Source of the DNA: Candidatus Nealsonbacteria bacterium
GTDB lineage: Bacteria; Patescibacteriota; Minisyncoccia; Minisyncoccales; MHMH01
NCBI GenBank assembly: GCA_030700195.1
Contig: JAUYKD010000019.1
Span: 1-14,646, forward strand
Length of the DNA stretch: 14,646 bases
Reading direction: 5' to 3'
The notes under the pieces were generated by a model. The model was not told where the DNA came from, did not search any database, and worked only from the letters and a program-made list of their open reading frames with translations. Every line of letters begins with the position of its first letter. The first letter of the stretch is position 1. The translations under genes and the position numbers were made by a program. Below, piece by piece: positions 6,651 to 13,909 of the stretch.

Positions 6651-7841
6651 TTAAACAATTTTAACAGTTTTAAGAAAAGAAGTTTTATAATACAAGATAA
6701 CCAAAGTAAGTAATATTAAAACTCCAGTAAGGACAAAAGGAAGAAAATAAGCCAAAGTAAACAGCACGCCTGCTAATAATGGCCCTGCCATCCTGCCTAA
6801 GCTTTCAAAAGCGCCTGCAATCCCCATGGTTAACCCCTGTCCTTTTTCTGTTTTTTCAGAGAGGAGAGAAGTGCTTACCGGTCTGATTAACGAAGAGCCA
6901 AAGCTGATTATAGAAGCTGTGATATATAAAATAAATAATGACGGCGAAAACGGCAAAAGGATGAAAAAGCAGGCCATTATCATAAGTCCGATCATTATGC
7001 CTTTTCTTTTGCCTGTTTTATTGATGATTAAGGATACGATGAAGAATTGAACGATTGCTGATACTACGCCAGTGATAAGAAAAAGTAATCCAATGCCCCC
7101 GCTTCCCAGGTTGAATTTTTCAATACCGAGTAAAGGAATGGAAACTTGTCTGTTGGACATAGAGAATGACCATAGAAGAGAAATAAAGAAAAGAGGGGCA
7201 AGGGAAGATTTTATGCCTTTTGGAATAGCAAACAAGTTTTCACTGAAAACCCGGGAAAGATTTATTAATCTTGTATCTTTTACTTTTAGAGATTCTGGAA
7301 GAAATCTAAAAACAAAGATGGAATTAAAAAGGCAAGCTGCGCCAGCTATTAAAAATGGCAGAGTGGTACTATGTTCTGCTAGAATGCCTCCAAAAGCAGG
7401 ACCTAATATTATGCCCATTGCAGAAAAAGCTCCGAATCTGCCCAATGCTTTTAAGCGTTCTTGCTTTGTTGTTATGTCAGCTACGTAAGCTTTGGCCGAT
7501 GGCACAACCGCTCCGGAAAATACTCCTTGGATTAACCTGGAAATAAAAAGAGCCGGAAGATTGTTTATAAAAGCAAAAAACAAAAAGCTTACTGTCATGC
7601 CTAATAATCCGCCTCCAATAAGAGTTTTTCTGCCAAAACGGTCAGAAAGCATTCCCCAGAAAGGGGACAAGAAAAACTGGGTTATGGCGAAGGAAGCTCC
7701 CAAAAGCCCGATTGTCGCATTGCTTGCTTGGAATGTCTTAGCATATACGGGTAGTAGGGGAAAGATCATTGAAAAAGCCACCATATTAATGAATACGGCA
7801 AAATAAAGTAGAAAAAACGGAGAATTTAAGAATTTAAACAC
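6651..7841 (-). CDS. MFS transporter (DHA1-like drug/H+ antiporter type)
   Basis: 396 aa, about 12 hydrophobic segments. MFS motif A WGMLSDRFGRKTLIGG lies between TM2 and TM3. GTG start with no SD. Confidence 0.9.
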   Translation of the reverse strand: MFKFLNSPFFLLYFAVFINMVAFSMIFPLLPVYAKTFQASNATIGLLGASFAITQFFLSPFWGMLSDRFGRKTLIGGGLLGMTVSFLFFAFINNLPALFISRLIQGVFSGAVVPSAKAYVADITTKQERLKALGRFGAFSAMGIILGPAFGGILAEHSTTLPFLIAGAACLFNSIFVFRFLPESLKVKDTRLINLSRVFSENLFAIPKGIKSSLAPLFFISLLWSFSMSNRQVSIPLLGIEKFNLGSGGIGLLFLITGVVSAIVQFFIVSLIINKTGKRKGIMIGLMIMACFFILLPFSPSLFILYITASIISFGSSLIRPVSTSLLSEKTEKGQGLTMGIAGAFESLGRMAGPLLAGVLFTLAYFLPFVLTGVLILLTLVILYYKTSFLKTVKIV

Positions 7842-7850
7842 AACAGTTTT

Positions 7851-7878
7851 ATTATATAGAAAAATTTAGAAAAATCAA
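7851..7878 (-). promoter_or_regulatory. putative promoter of the MFS transporter gene
   Basis: On the minus strand: TTGATT (complement of 7873-7878), 16-nt spacer, TATAAT (complement of 7851-7856), only 9 nt upstream of GTG 7841. Confidence 0.4.
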
Positions 7879-7925
7879 GAGAAAATAGGGTAACGGTTAA
7901 TATTGTGCGACATTTAATTACAAAG

Positions 7926-7957
7926 AAAGAGGACTCTTTTTAGGGAGTCCTTTTTTT
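7926..7957. terminator. bidirectional intrinsic terminator downstream of the 74-aa ORF
   Basis: Stem AGGACTC (7930-7936) / GAGTCCT (7945-7951), extendable by A-T pairs. It is flanked by an A-rich stretch (AAAGAAAGA) on the left and a T-run on the right, so a U-tail exists in both orientations. Confidence 0.55.
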
Positions 7958-7972
7958 AGAGGAAGAATGAAT

Positions 7973-8197
7973 TTATTCTGGTTGTTCTTGCAAAAATTGC
8001 AAAAATTCTTCGGTTAGTTCTACCGGGACAAATTGCTGACTCAAATTAAGCGGGAAAAGAGAGAAAGGTATTCCGTGTTTCTCCAGGATACGATTGACAG
8101 GCAGGAAGTGTCGAGTAATATGCGGATCTTTCTGTGATATTTCCTTTATTTGTTCTACGCTGAAAATTATTCCTTCTGGCAATTTGTGGTGATCCAT
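7973..8197 (-). CDS. hypothetical acidic 74-aa protein
   Basis: ORF MDHHKLPEGIIFSVEQIKE...FLQFLQEQPE, preceded by GGAGGT 3 nt upstream of the ATG and followed by a hairpin terminator. I recognise no family. Confidence 0.6.
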   Translation of the reverse strand: MDHHKLPEGIIFSVEQIKEISQKDPHITRHFLPVNRILEKHGIPFSLFPLNLSQQFVPVELTEEFLQFLQEQPE

Positions 8198-8272
8198 TCT
8201 ACCTCCGTTTTTAAAATTTTATATTTATACTGTATTATAAGAGATGGTCACTGTCAAGAGGATAACTCAAAC

Positions 8273-8300
8273 TTGATTTTTCATTAATAATATTTATAAT
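8273..8300 (+). promoter_or_regulatory. putative promoter of the HEAT-repeat ORF
   Basis: TTGATT (8273-8278), 16-nt spacer, TATAAT (8295-8300), followed by AGGAGG (8308-8313) and ATG 8321. Confidence 0.55.
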
Positions 8301-8320
8301 AAAAAAAGGAGGAAAATACA

Positions 8321-8608
8321 ATGATTACGCAGCAAGTTAAGAGTCAACTTTCTTTGTTTAAAATTGCTGAAAACAGTAGTGAAAGCCCGGAAGCCAGAAT
8401 TGAGGCGGTGAAAGGTCTTTCAGACCAAAACTATCTTTCCCTAATTGCCAAGAGTTCCGACGATTGGAGGATTCGGAGAGTGGCTGTTAATTGTCTCGTT
8501 CTCCCGGCAATTTTAAGAAAGATCATCAGGAAAGATGAAAACGAAGAAGTGAAACGCGCGGCTCAAAAAAGATTAAAAGAGCTAAAAAATACGGTCTTGA
8601 AAAATTAA
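8321..8608 (+). CDS. small HEAT-repeat (PBS-lyase HEAT-like) protein, 95 aa
   Basis: Strong SD AGGAGG 7 nt upstream. Repeats of the HEAT_PBS type: ESPEARIEAVKGLSD, SSDDWRIRRVAVNCL and DENEEVKRAAQKRL. Confidence 0.65.
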   Translation: MITQQVKSQLSLFKIAENSSESPEARIEAVKGLSDQNYLSLIAKSSDDWRIRRVAVNCLVLPAILRKIIRKDENEEVKRAAQKRLKELKNTVLKN

Positions 8609-8627
8609 GGCCGTATTTTCATTTTTT
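8586..8627. terminator. possible bidirectional terminator spanning the 10-nt gap between the convergent HEAT ORF and recombinase gene
   Basis: AAAATACGG (8586-8594) pairs with CCGTATTTT (8611-8619), 16-nt loop, T-runs on both strands. Only 3 G-C pairs, so it is weak. Confidence 0.35.
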
Positions 8628-9575
8628 AAGGTTTTTACCGCTGTGGAATTGGCGGTGAATATCTCTAAGGCGCTTATTAGTGACATGGGTATAAATCTGG
8701 GTGCTCATTATACTGCGGTGGCCCAAAAACTCTTGGATGGTTCTTAAATCAACCCCTTGATTCAATAGGTCGGTTGCCATACTGTGGCGCAGAGTATGAG
8801 GAGTGGTGAAAATAGGCGCGCCGGCGGTCAGAGCGTACTTTTTAATGATTCTTTCTATGGAACGGCCGGTTAAGCGGCCGTCAGCGTCTTTTCTTGATTT
8901 ATAGTTTATGAACAAGGCCTTTTCTTTATCTTGGCGGGTTGTTAAATACTTTTTAATCCATAAAAGAGCTCTCTCTGAAAAGTAAACAGTTCTGGGATGA
9001 TTGCCTTTGCCGATAACTCCCAGCTCAAGATCTTTTTTATCTTTTAAATTAATAAACTGTTCTTTATTTAGAGCCACCAGTTCGGCTATTCTTAAGCCAG
9101 TGGAAAAAAGAGACTCTAAAATAGCCTTATCTCTAAGCCCCGGAATGGTTTTTTGGTCCGGAGCCAGTAAAAGCTTCTCAATCTGGTCTAAATTAAGGAA
9201 CTTGACGGTTTTCTGGCCTTTCACGTCTTTTGGCAGAGTTATTTTGCCTGGGGGGATAGATTGTATGTCTTTGGCTACAAAATAGCCCAAAAGGGCTCTT
9301 AAAGCGACAAGATAGTAGTTCTGGGTGCTTCGCTTGAGAACCTGGCCCTTATCGTTCTGAGAACGGGACAAAAACAGCCGGTAAGCCCAAATGTCATCCG
9401 GAGTAAGTTCGCCAGGTGTGATGTCTTGTTTGTGCGTTTTTGTCAGCCAGGAAACAAATTTATCTAAATATCTTTTATAGTTTTCCTGAGTTTTATCAGC
9501 TAAGCCTTTCTCAACTTCACAATAATCAAGGAAGTCGGGAATATGTTTAATAATAGGGGCGTTCGGTTTCTCCAT
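8619..9575 (-). CDS. tyrosine recombinase / integrase, XerC/XerD-like
   Basis: 318 aa. N-terminal SAM-like core-binding domain (DFLDYCEVEKGLADKTQENYKRYLDKFVSWL). Catalytic motifs GLRIAEL (Arg), HTLRHSMAT (His-x-x-Arg) and LGHRSIMSTQIYTHV (His and Tyr nucleophile). Confidence 0.9.
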   Translation of the reverse strand: MEKPNAPIIKHIPDFLDYCEVEKGLADKTQENYKRYLDKFVSWLTKTHKQDITPGELTPDDIWAYRLFLSRSQNDKGQVLKRSTQNYYLVALRALLGYFVAKDIQSIPPGKITLPKDVKGQKTVKFLNLDQIEKLLLAPDQKTIPGLRDKAILESLFSTGLRIAELVALNKEQFINLKDKKDLELGVIGKGNHPRTVYFSERALLWIKKYLTTRQDKEKALFINYKSRKDADGRLTGRSIERIIKKYALTAGAPIFTTPHTLRHSMATDLLNQGVDLRTIQEFLGHRSIMSTQIYTHVTNKRLRDIHRQFHSGKNLKK

Positions 9576-9627
9576 ATATTATAAATCGCTTTACTAACAT
9601 TGTGCGACCTTGTCTATATCTATAATA

Positions 9628-9701
9628 ACACCGCCAAAGGCGGTGTCAATCATCGAACCCGCAAAGCGGGTGAAGGTAAAGATGAGGGTGAAGCCCTCAT
9701 C
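9628..9701 (-). terminator. array of three GC-rich triloop hairpins downstream of the gltX / secreted-protein operon
   Basis: ACACCGCC-AAA-GGCGGTGT (9628-9646), ACCCGC-AAA-GCGGGT (9657-9671) and GATGAGGG-TGAAG-CCCTCATC (9681-9701). Read on the minus strand, the first and last are followed by U-rich tails (UUUACCUUC and UAUUAUAGAUAU). Confidence 0.5.
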
Positions 9702-9729
9702 GCCCCTCCCCTGCCCTAAATATAATCCT

Positions 9730-10104
9730 TTAATTCAATAAATCCTTAAACCTTTCCCAAAGATCTTTTTCCATCTCTTTTTTCTCTTTTTGGAATTCTT
9801 GGTTTATATCCGGCATTTCTTTGCCCAGCGCTTTAAGAAGCTTTTGCCACCACGTTTCAACTATGTTTCCAAGAGTGCTGTCCCAAAAGCCCTTGACCCA
9901 GCCCCACATCTTAAGAAAAAACGGCAAACCCTCATTGTCCCAGACGTCTTTTACTGCCCTGGGCAGCTGTTTTAGTGCTTCCAGGCCCAGCGTTTTGACA
10001 TCATTTATGGTTTCCGGAGCTTGGATTTGGGCAGAAGTTTGATAGATTGGCAAGCCGAGGAAGAAGATATTTATTATTAAAATAGAAACAATGTATTTTT
10101 TCAT
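9730..10104 (-). CDS. hypothetical secreted Trp-rich protein (124 aa)
   Basis: Signal-peptide-like N-terminus MKKYIVSILIINIFFLGLPIYQTSAQ. The mature part has 8 Trp (VWDNEG...MWGWVKGFWDS...ETWWQKLL). Its ATG overlaps the gltX stop (ATGA), indicating translational coupling. Confidence 0.7.
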   Translation of the reverse strand: MKKYIVSILIINIFFLGLPIYQTSAQIQAPETINDVKTLGLEALKQLPRAVKDVWDNEGLPFFLKMWGWVKGFWDSTLGNIVETWWQKLLKALGKEMPDINQEFQKEKKEMEKDLWERFKDLLN

Positions 10105-11534
10105 AATATTAATTCTTTAGCTTGTTTAATTCTGATTAAAGTTTCTTCTTTCCCCAGAGCCTCGGCTATCTCAAAAGGGCCGGCCGACGCTTTTTTACCG
10201 CTTAAAGCAACTCTAAAAGGCCATAAAAGTATTCCTCTATCCCCCGTTTGTTCCGCCTCTACCATTAAAACATTTTCAATCTCTGCTTTATCCCACCTCT
10301 TTATTTTAAATAATAATTTCTCTAAAATATCAAGAGATTGTTTGATTTGTTCATCATCCGCTTTTTTCCATCTTAAAAGTTCTTTACTATACTGCGGTTG
10401 TTTAAAGAAAAAATCAGTCAATTCCTTTATTTCCGAAAGCTTTTTTAACCGTTCTTTGTGCATAGCAATTATTTGTTGAAGTTTTTGCTTGTCGATTTTT
10501 GGCCCGCCTGCCGGCGAGGCAGGCAGATACGGTTGACAAAGCTCCGTCAGTTCGTCAATTGATTTCTGCCTGATATAAAAGCCGTTTAAGTAGTCCAGCC
10601 GCTGGATGTTGAATATGGCCCCTGACTTCTGCACTTTTTCCAGGGAAAATTCTTTTATTAAAGAATCCATAGAGAAAATCTCTTTTTCCGTACCTGGATT
10701 CCATCCTAAAAAAGCCATGAAATTAATTACTGATTCAGCCAGATACCCTTGTTTTCTATATTCAGCTATAGATTGAGTTCCATGCCTTTTGCTCAGCTTG
10801 CTTTTATCAGGACCGAGAATTAAAGGCAAATGGCCGTATTTTGGTTGGGGCAAATTCAGGGCTTCTTGCAGAAGGATTTGTTTTGGCGTGTTTGGGATAT
10901 GGTCTTCTCCCCTGATGACATGAGATATTTTCATTTCAAAATCATCCACCACTAAAGCAAAATTGTATAAGGGAGTAGATAAGTCCTTGGCTATAACAAA
11001 GTCCCCCAGCAAAGAAGACTCAAACTCTATTTTCCCCCGGATAATGTCGTTAAAACTCACTTTTTTTTCTGGAATCTTGAATCTAATGACTGACGGTTTG
11101 CCTTGAGAAAGATATTTTTTAATTTCTTCTTCAGAAAGGTTATGGCACTTGCCGTTATATTTGGCTGGCACTCCCCTGCTCATTTGCTCCTGCTTTTTTC
11201 CTTCCAATTCTTCTTGCGTACAAAAGCAATAATAAGCCAGGCCGTCTTTTACAAGCTTATCCAGATATTTAATATAGATTGAAGTTCTTTCGCTTTGCAA
11301 AAAAGGACCTTCATCCCAGATGATGCCCAGCCACTTTAAATTATCAATAATGTCTTTTTCAAACGCTTTATCAGATCTTTCAATATCAGTGTCTTCTATC
11401 CTTAAAATAAGCTTACCTCCACTATGTTTAGTAAAAAGGTAGTTGAAAAGCGCTGTTCTGGCATTGCCGAAATGTAAAAGTCCGGTTGGCGAAGGAGCCA
11501 TTCTTACTCTGATTTCTTTTGATTTAAGCGCCAT
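10101..11534 (-). CDS. gltX: glutamyl-tRNA synthetase
   Basis: 477 aa. Class I HIGH region PSPTGLLHFGNARTALFNYLF and KMSKS-type KLSKRHG, with a C-terminal anticodon-binding domain. Confidence 0.96.
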   Translation of the reverse strand: MALKSKEIRVRMAPSPTGLLHFGNARTALFNYLFTKHSGGKLILRIEDTDIERSDKAFEKDIIDNLKWLGIIWDEGPFLQSERTSIYIKYLDKLVKDGLAYYCFCTQEELEGKKQEQMSRGVPAKYNGKCHNLSEEEIKKYLSQGKPSVIRFKIPEKKVSFNDIIRGKIEFESSLLGDFVIAKDLSTPLYNFALVVDDFEMKISHVIRGEDHIPNTPKQILLQEALNLPQPKYGHLPLILGPDKSKLSKRHGTQSIAEYRKQGYLAESVINFMAFLGWNPGTEKEIFSMDSLIKEFSLEKVQKSGAIFNIQRLDYLNGFYIRQKSIDELTELCQPYLPASPAGGPKIDKQKLQQIIAMHKERLKKLSEIKELTDFFFKQPQYSKELLRWKKADDEQIKQSLDILEKLLFKIKRWDKAEIENVLMVEAEQTGDRGILLWPFRVALSGKKASAGPFEIAEALGKEETLIRIKQAKELIL

Positions 11535-11537
11535 AAT

Positions 11538-12662
11538 TTATTTTCTTAAATATTTAACAAGGTATTCGGCAATTATCTTACCAGCCTCCGGCCTGGAAAA
11601 ATCTTTAGCCCTTTGAGACATTTTTTGCAGGATTTCCGGTTGAGAAAATAAATATTTAAGTTTTTCTAAAAAGAAATGAGGGGTTAAGTTTGCTTCTTCA
11701 AGCACTAAAGCGGCTCCGGCTTCCTCGCAAGAGTAAGCGTTTTTCAATTGATGGTCTTGGGCTGAAGTTGGTAAGGGGATAAGAATGCTTGGTTTTTGGC
11801 AGGCGGTTATTTCAAAGATACTTCCCGAGCCTGCTCGGCTGATAACCAGCCAACAGGCCTTTAGGGCATGCTTTAACTCAACCTCCGTCAAAAAAGCAAT
11901 TGGATGGTAGTATTTTTCTAAATCTTTATTAATAACGACTTTTGCTTCTTCTTTAACCTGCTGAATGTTTTTTTCTCCTGTTTGGTGGATCAGCTCAAAA
12001 TCAGTTAATATTCCCGACAATATTGATAAAATCATATCGTTTATCTTTTGGGCGCCCTGCGAACCTCCTAAAATCAAAAGGAGCGGCTTTTCATCACTTA
12101 GCCTAAAGAGCTCTTTCGCTTTTTCTTTATTTCCGTTCAGCAATTCTTTTCTGATGGGATTGCCGGCAAAAATCATTTTCTTTTCAGAAAAGTATTCTGT
12201 TTGGTTGATCGGGAAAGAAATAAAAACTTTTGGAGTGAATTTACTTAAGAATCTGTTGGCCAGCCCGGGACTTATGTCTGATTCGTGCAAAAGAACGGGC
12301 ACTTGCAGGATTTGGCCGGCTATAACCGGAGAGATTGAGCCATATCCTCCTTTACTGAAAATAAGGTCGGGAGCCAGCAGAAAAACATAAAAGAAAGATT
12401 GAAAAAAGCCGATGGGCATTTTAAACAGAATATCAACGATATTTTGAAGAAAGCTTTGCCAAGCAAAGTACCTTCTTATTTTGCCGGCCATAATCCATTT
12501 CATTTTAATTCCTTCTTGGGAAAGAAAAACAGAGCCGAATTCGTCTTTCGGGCCGAGATAAAAGAAATCAGCCTTAAATCCAATTTTCCTAAGTTCTCTG
12601 ACAACGGCGATTATTGGGAAGATGTGTCCGGCGGTGCCCCCGCCGGTAAAAAGTATCTTCAT
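11538..12662 (-). CDS. murG: UDP-N-acetylglucosamine--N-acetylmuramyl-(pentapeptide)-pyrophosphoryl-undecaprenol GlcNAc transferase
   Basis: 374 aa. N-terminal G-loop MKILFTGGGTAGHIFP, C-terminal GT28 domain (ILGGSQGA...SRAGSGSIFE). It sits between ftsW and gltX. Confidence 0.95.
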   Translation of the reverse strand: MKILFTGGGTAGHIFPIIAVVRELRKIGFKADFFYLGPKDEFGSVFLSQEGIKMKWIMAGKIRRYFAWQSFLQNIVDILFKMPIGFFQSFFYVFLLAPDLIFSKGGYGSISPVIAGQILQVPVLLHESDISPGLANRFLSKFTPKVFISFPINQTEYFSEKKMIFAGNPIRKELLNGNKEKAKELFRLSDEKPLLLILGGSQGAQKINDMILSILSGILTDFELIHQTGEKNIQQVKEEAKVVINKDLEKYYHPIAFLTEVELKHALKACWLVISRAGSGSIFEITACQKPSILIPLPTSAQDHQLKNAYSCEEAGAALVLEEANLTPHFFLEKLKYLFSQPEILQKMSQRAKDFSRPEAGKIIAEYLVKYLRK

Positions 12663-12708
12663 ATATCGAATTTTTTAATTTATTAAGTCAAAAAGATAAA
12701 TCTTTTTT

Positions 12709-12741
12709 CCACCTTCACTATCGTTCGGTAATCGAAGATGG
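12709..12741. repeat. imperfect 33-nt palindrome in the ftsW-murG spacer
   Basis: CCACCTTC (12709-12716) pairs with GAAGATGG (12734-12741) with 1 mismatch. There is an inner TATC/GGTA stem around GTTC. The adjacent homopolymer run is on the wrong side for a canonical minus-strand terminator. Confidence 0.3.
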
Positions 12742-12757
12742 AAATGAATTCTCAAAT

Positions 12758-13846
12758 TCATTGACGTTTGGAAATATTAAGCAGAATTCCTATGCCGATA
12801 AGCTCTGTGACTAAAGCCGATCCGCCATAGCTGATAAAAGGCAGAGGAACGCCGGTTAGAGGAAGAAGACCGACCATTGAACCAATATTAACAAAAGTTT
12901 GCAAAGCGAGCCATCCGGTTATCCCCAAGGCCGTTAGCTTTAAAAAATTATCTTTAGCTTTTTTAGCAATGGAAAAACCAAGCCAAACGAAAATCAGAAA
13001 GAAAGAAATCATGGTTAAGCTTCCCAAAAATCCGGTTTCTTCAGCAAACGAGGCAAAAATAGAATCAGCCATGGGTTGAGGTAAAAAGCCGAATCTCTGA
13101 ACGCTCATGCCAAGTCCTGTTCCTAATATCCCTCCAGAGCCAATAGCAATAAAGGCCTGCTTTATCTGATAGCTTATGCCCATCGGGTCAATATCAGGGT
13201 TAATAAAGCTTAAGAATCTATTTAATCGGTATGGAGCAAGTTTAATAAGGGCTGTTAAGCCGGCCAAGGCAACCAAAACAATAAAGCCGGCGTGCTTGAG
13301 AGGAGTTCCAGCTAAAAAATACATTAAAAGACCGGTAGACATTATAATTCCCAAGGTGCCTATATCCGGCTGTAGAATTAAGAGCAGGGCTATTAATGAC
13401 ATTATAGCTGAAAAGGCCAAGAGAGTTTCGTTAAACTCTTTTTTAGTTTTTTCCATTCTAGATGAAAGCCAAGAGGCCAGATAAAGTATGAAAATAAGTT
13501 TTAAGGCTTCTGATGGCTGGAAGGAAGTTATGCCTAAGTTTATCCAGCTGCTGGCTCCTCCCAGAGTTATGCCGATTATCGGGACAAAAACCAAAACCAG
13601 TAAAAACAAATTTAAAAAGAGCAGGGCCGGTATCCACTTCTTTAACAAAGAAAGCTTTATTTTATAAGCCAGAAATCCAAGAATAACTCCGGGCAGCAGG
13701 CCGAAGAGAAGATGATGGAAAAGAAAAGTATTGGGCGAGCCGAGCTTTTCCTGCGATAAAGCGGCTGAAACGCTGGTTATAACAACAACGCCCAGCAATA
13801 ACAAAACAGCCACCGCTGAGATTAAGAAATAATCGGCTTTCTTCAT
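12758..13846 (-). CDS. ftsW: SEDS-family peptidoglycan glycosyltransferase; FtsW by dcw context
   Basis: 362 aa polytopic membrane protein with SEDS motifs FQPSEALKL and PLPFISYGGSAL. It is located between murD and murG. Confidence 0.9.
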   Translation of the reverse strand: MKKADYFLISAVAVLLLLGVVVITSVSAALSQEKLGSPNTFLFHHLLFGLLPGVILGFLAYKIKLSLLKKWIPALLFLNLFLLVLVFVPIIGITLGGASSWINLGITSFQPSEALKLIFILYLASWLSSRMEKTKKEFNETLLAFSAIMSLIALLLILQPDIGTLGIIMSTGLLMYFLAGTPLKHAGFIVLVALAGLTALIKLAPYRLNRFLSFINPDIDPMGISYQIKQAFIAIGSGGILGTGLGMSVQRFGFLPQPMADSIFASFAEETGFLGSLTMISFFLIFVWLGFSIAKKAKDNFLKLTALGITGWLALQTFVNIGSMVGLLPLTGVPLPFISYGGSALVTELIGIGILLNISKRQ

Positions 13847-13909
13847 ATATTATTTATTTTAACTTTCCCTTTCCTTTTTTTGTTAAACTTTTTTTATTTA
13901 GTATTTTAT

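Noticed and set aside
6826-7806. Plus-strand ORFs of 74, 138, 63 and 104 aa (6826-7050, 7072-7488, 7355-7546, 7492-7806), three of them in one frame.
   Set aside because: They lie entirely antisense to the well-supported MFS transporter CDS. Their products are low-complexity with no motifs, starts or SDs. They are shadow ORFs of a Leu/Phe/Gly-rich membrane gene.
8862-8881. ACGGCCG-GTTAAG-CGGCCGT palindrome inside the recombinase gene.
   Set aside because: It encodes DGRLTGRS at a position normally present in XerC/D-like proteins. There is no evidence of insertion.
9576-9583. TATAAT directly upstream of the recombinase ATG, considered as its -10 box.
   Set aside because: It ends only 2 nt before the ATG, so the TSS would fall inside the CDS and no alternative in-frame start exists. 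I could not place a convincing promoter for this gene.
9650-9672. ATCGAACCC resembles a reverse-strand tRNA T-loop.
   Set aside because: No complementary T-stem, acceptor stem or anticodon arm can be drawn around it. It is part of the ACCCGC-AAA-GCGGGT hairpin.
9001-10042. Plus-strand ORFs 9001-9285, 9790-9975 and 9821-10042.
   Set aside because: They are antisense to the recombinase and to the secreted-protein gene. They have no SD or promoter, and their products are Ser/Pro/Leu-rich with no features.
12628-12646. CCGGCGG-TGCCC-CCGCCGG palindrome inside murG.
   Set aside because: It encodes the universally conserved TGGGTAGH G-loop, so it is a coding by-product.
11965-12686. Plus-strand ORFs of 141 aa (11965-12390) and 95 aa (12399-12686).
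   Set aside because: They are antisense to murG, whose identity is secure, and have no independent expression signals.
13176-13484. Plus-strand 102-aa ORF.
   Set aside because: It is antisense to ftsW, so it is a shadow ORF.
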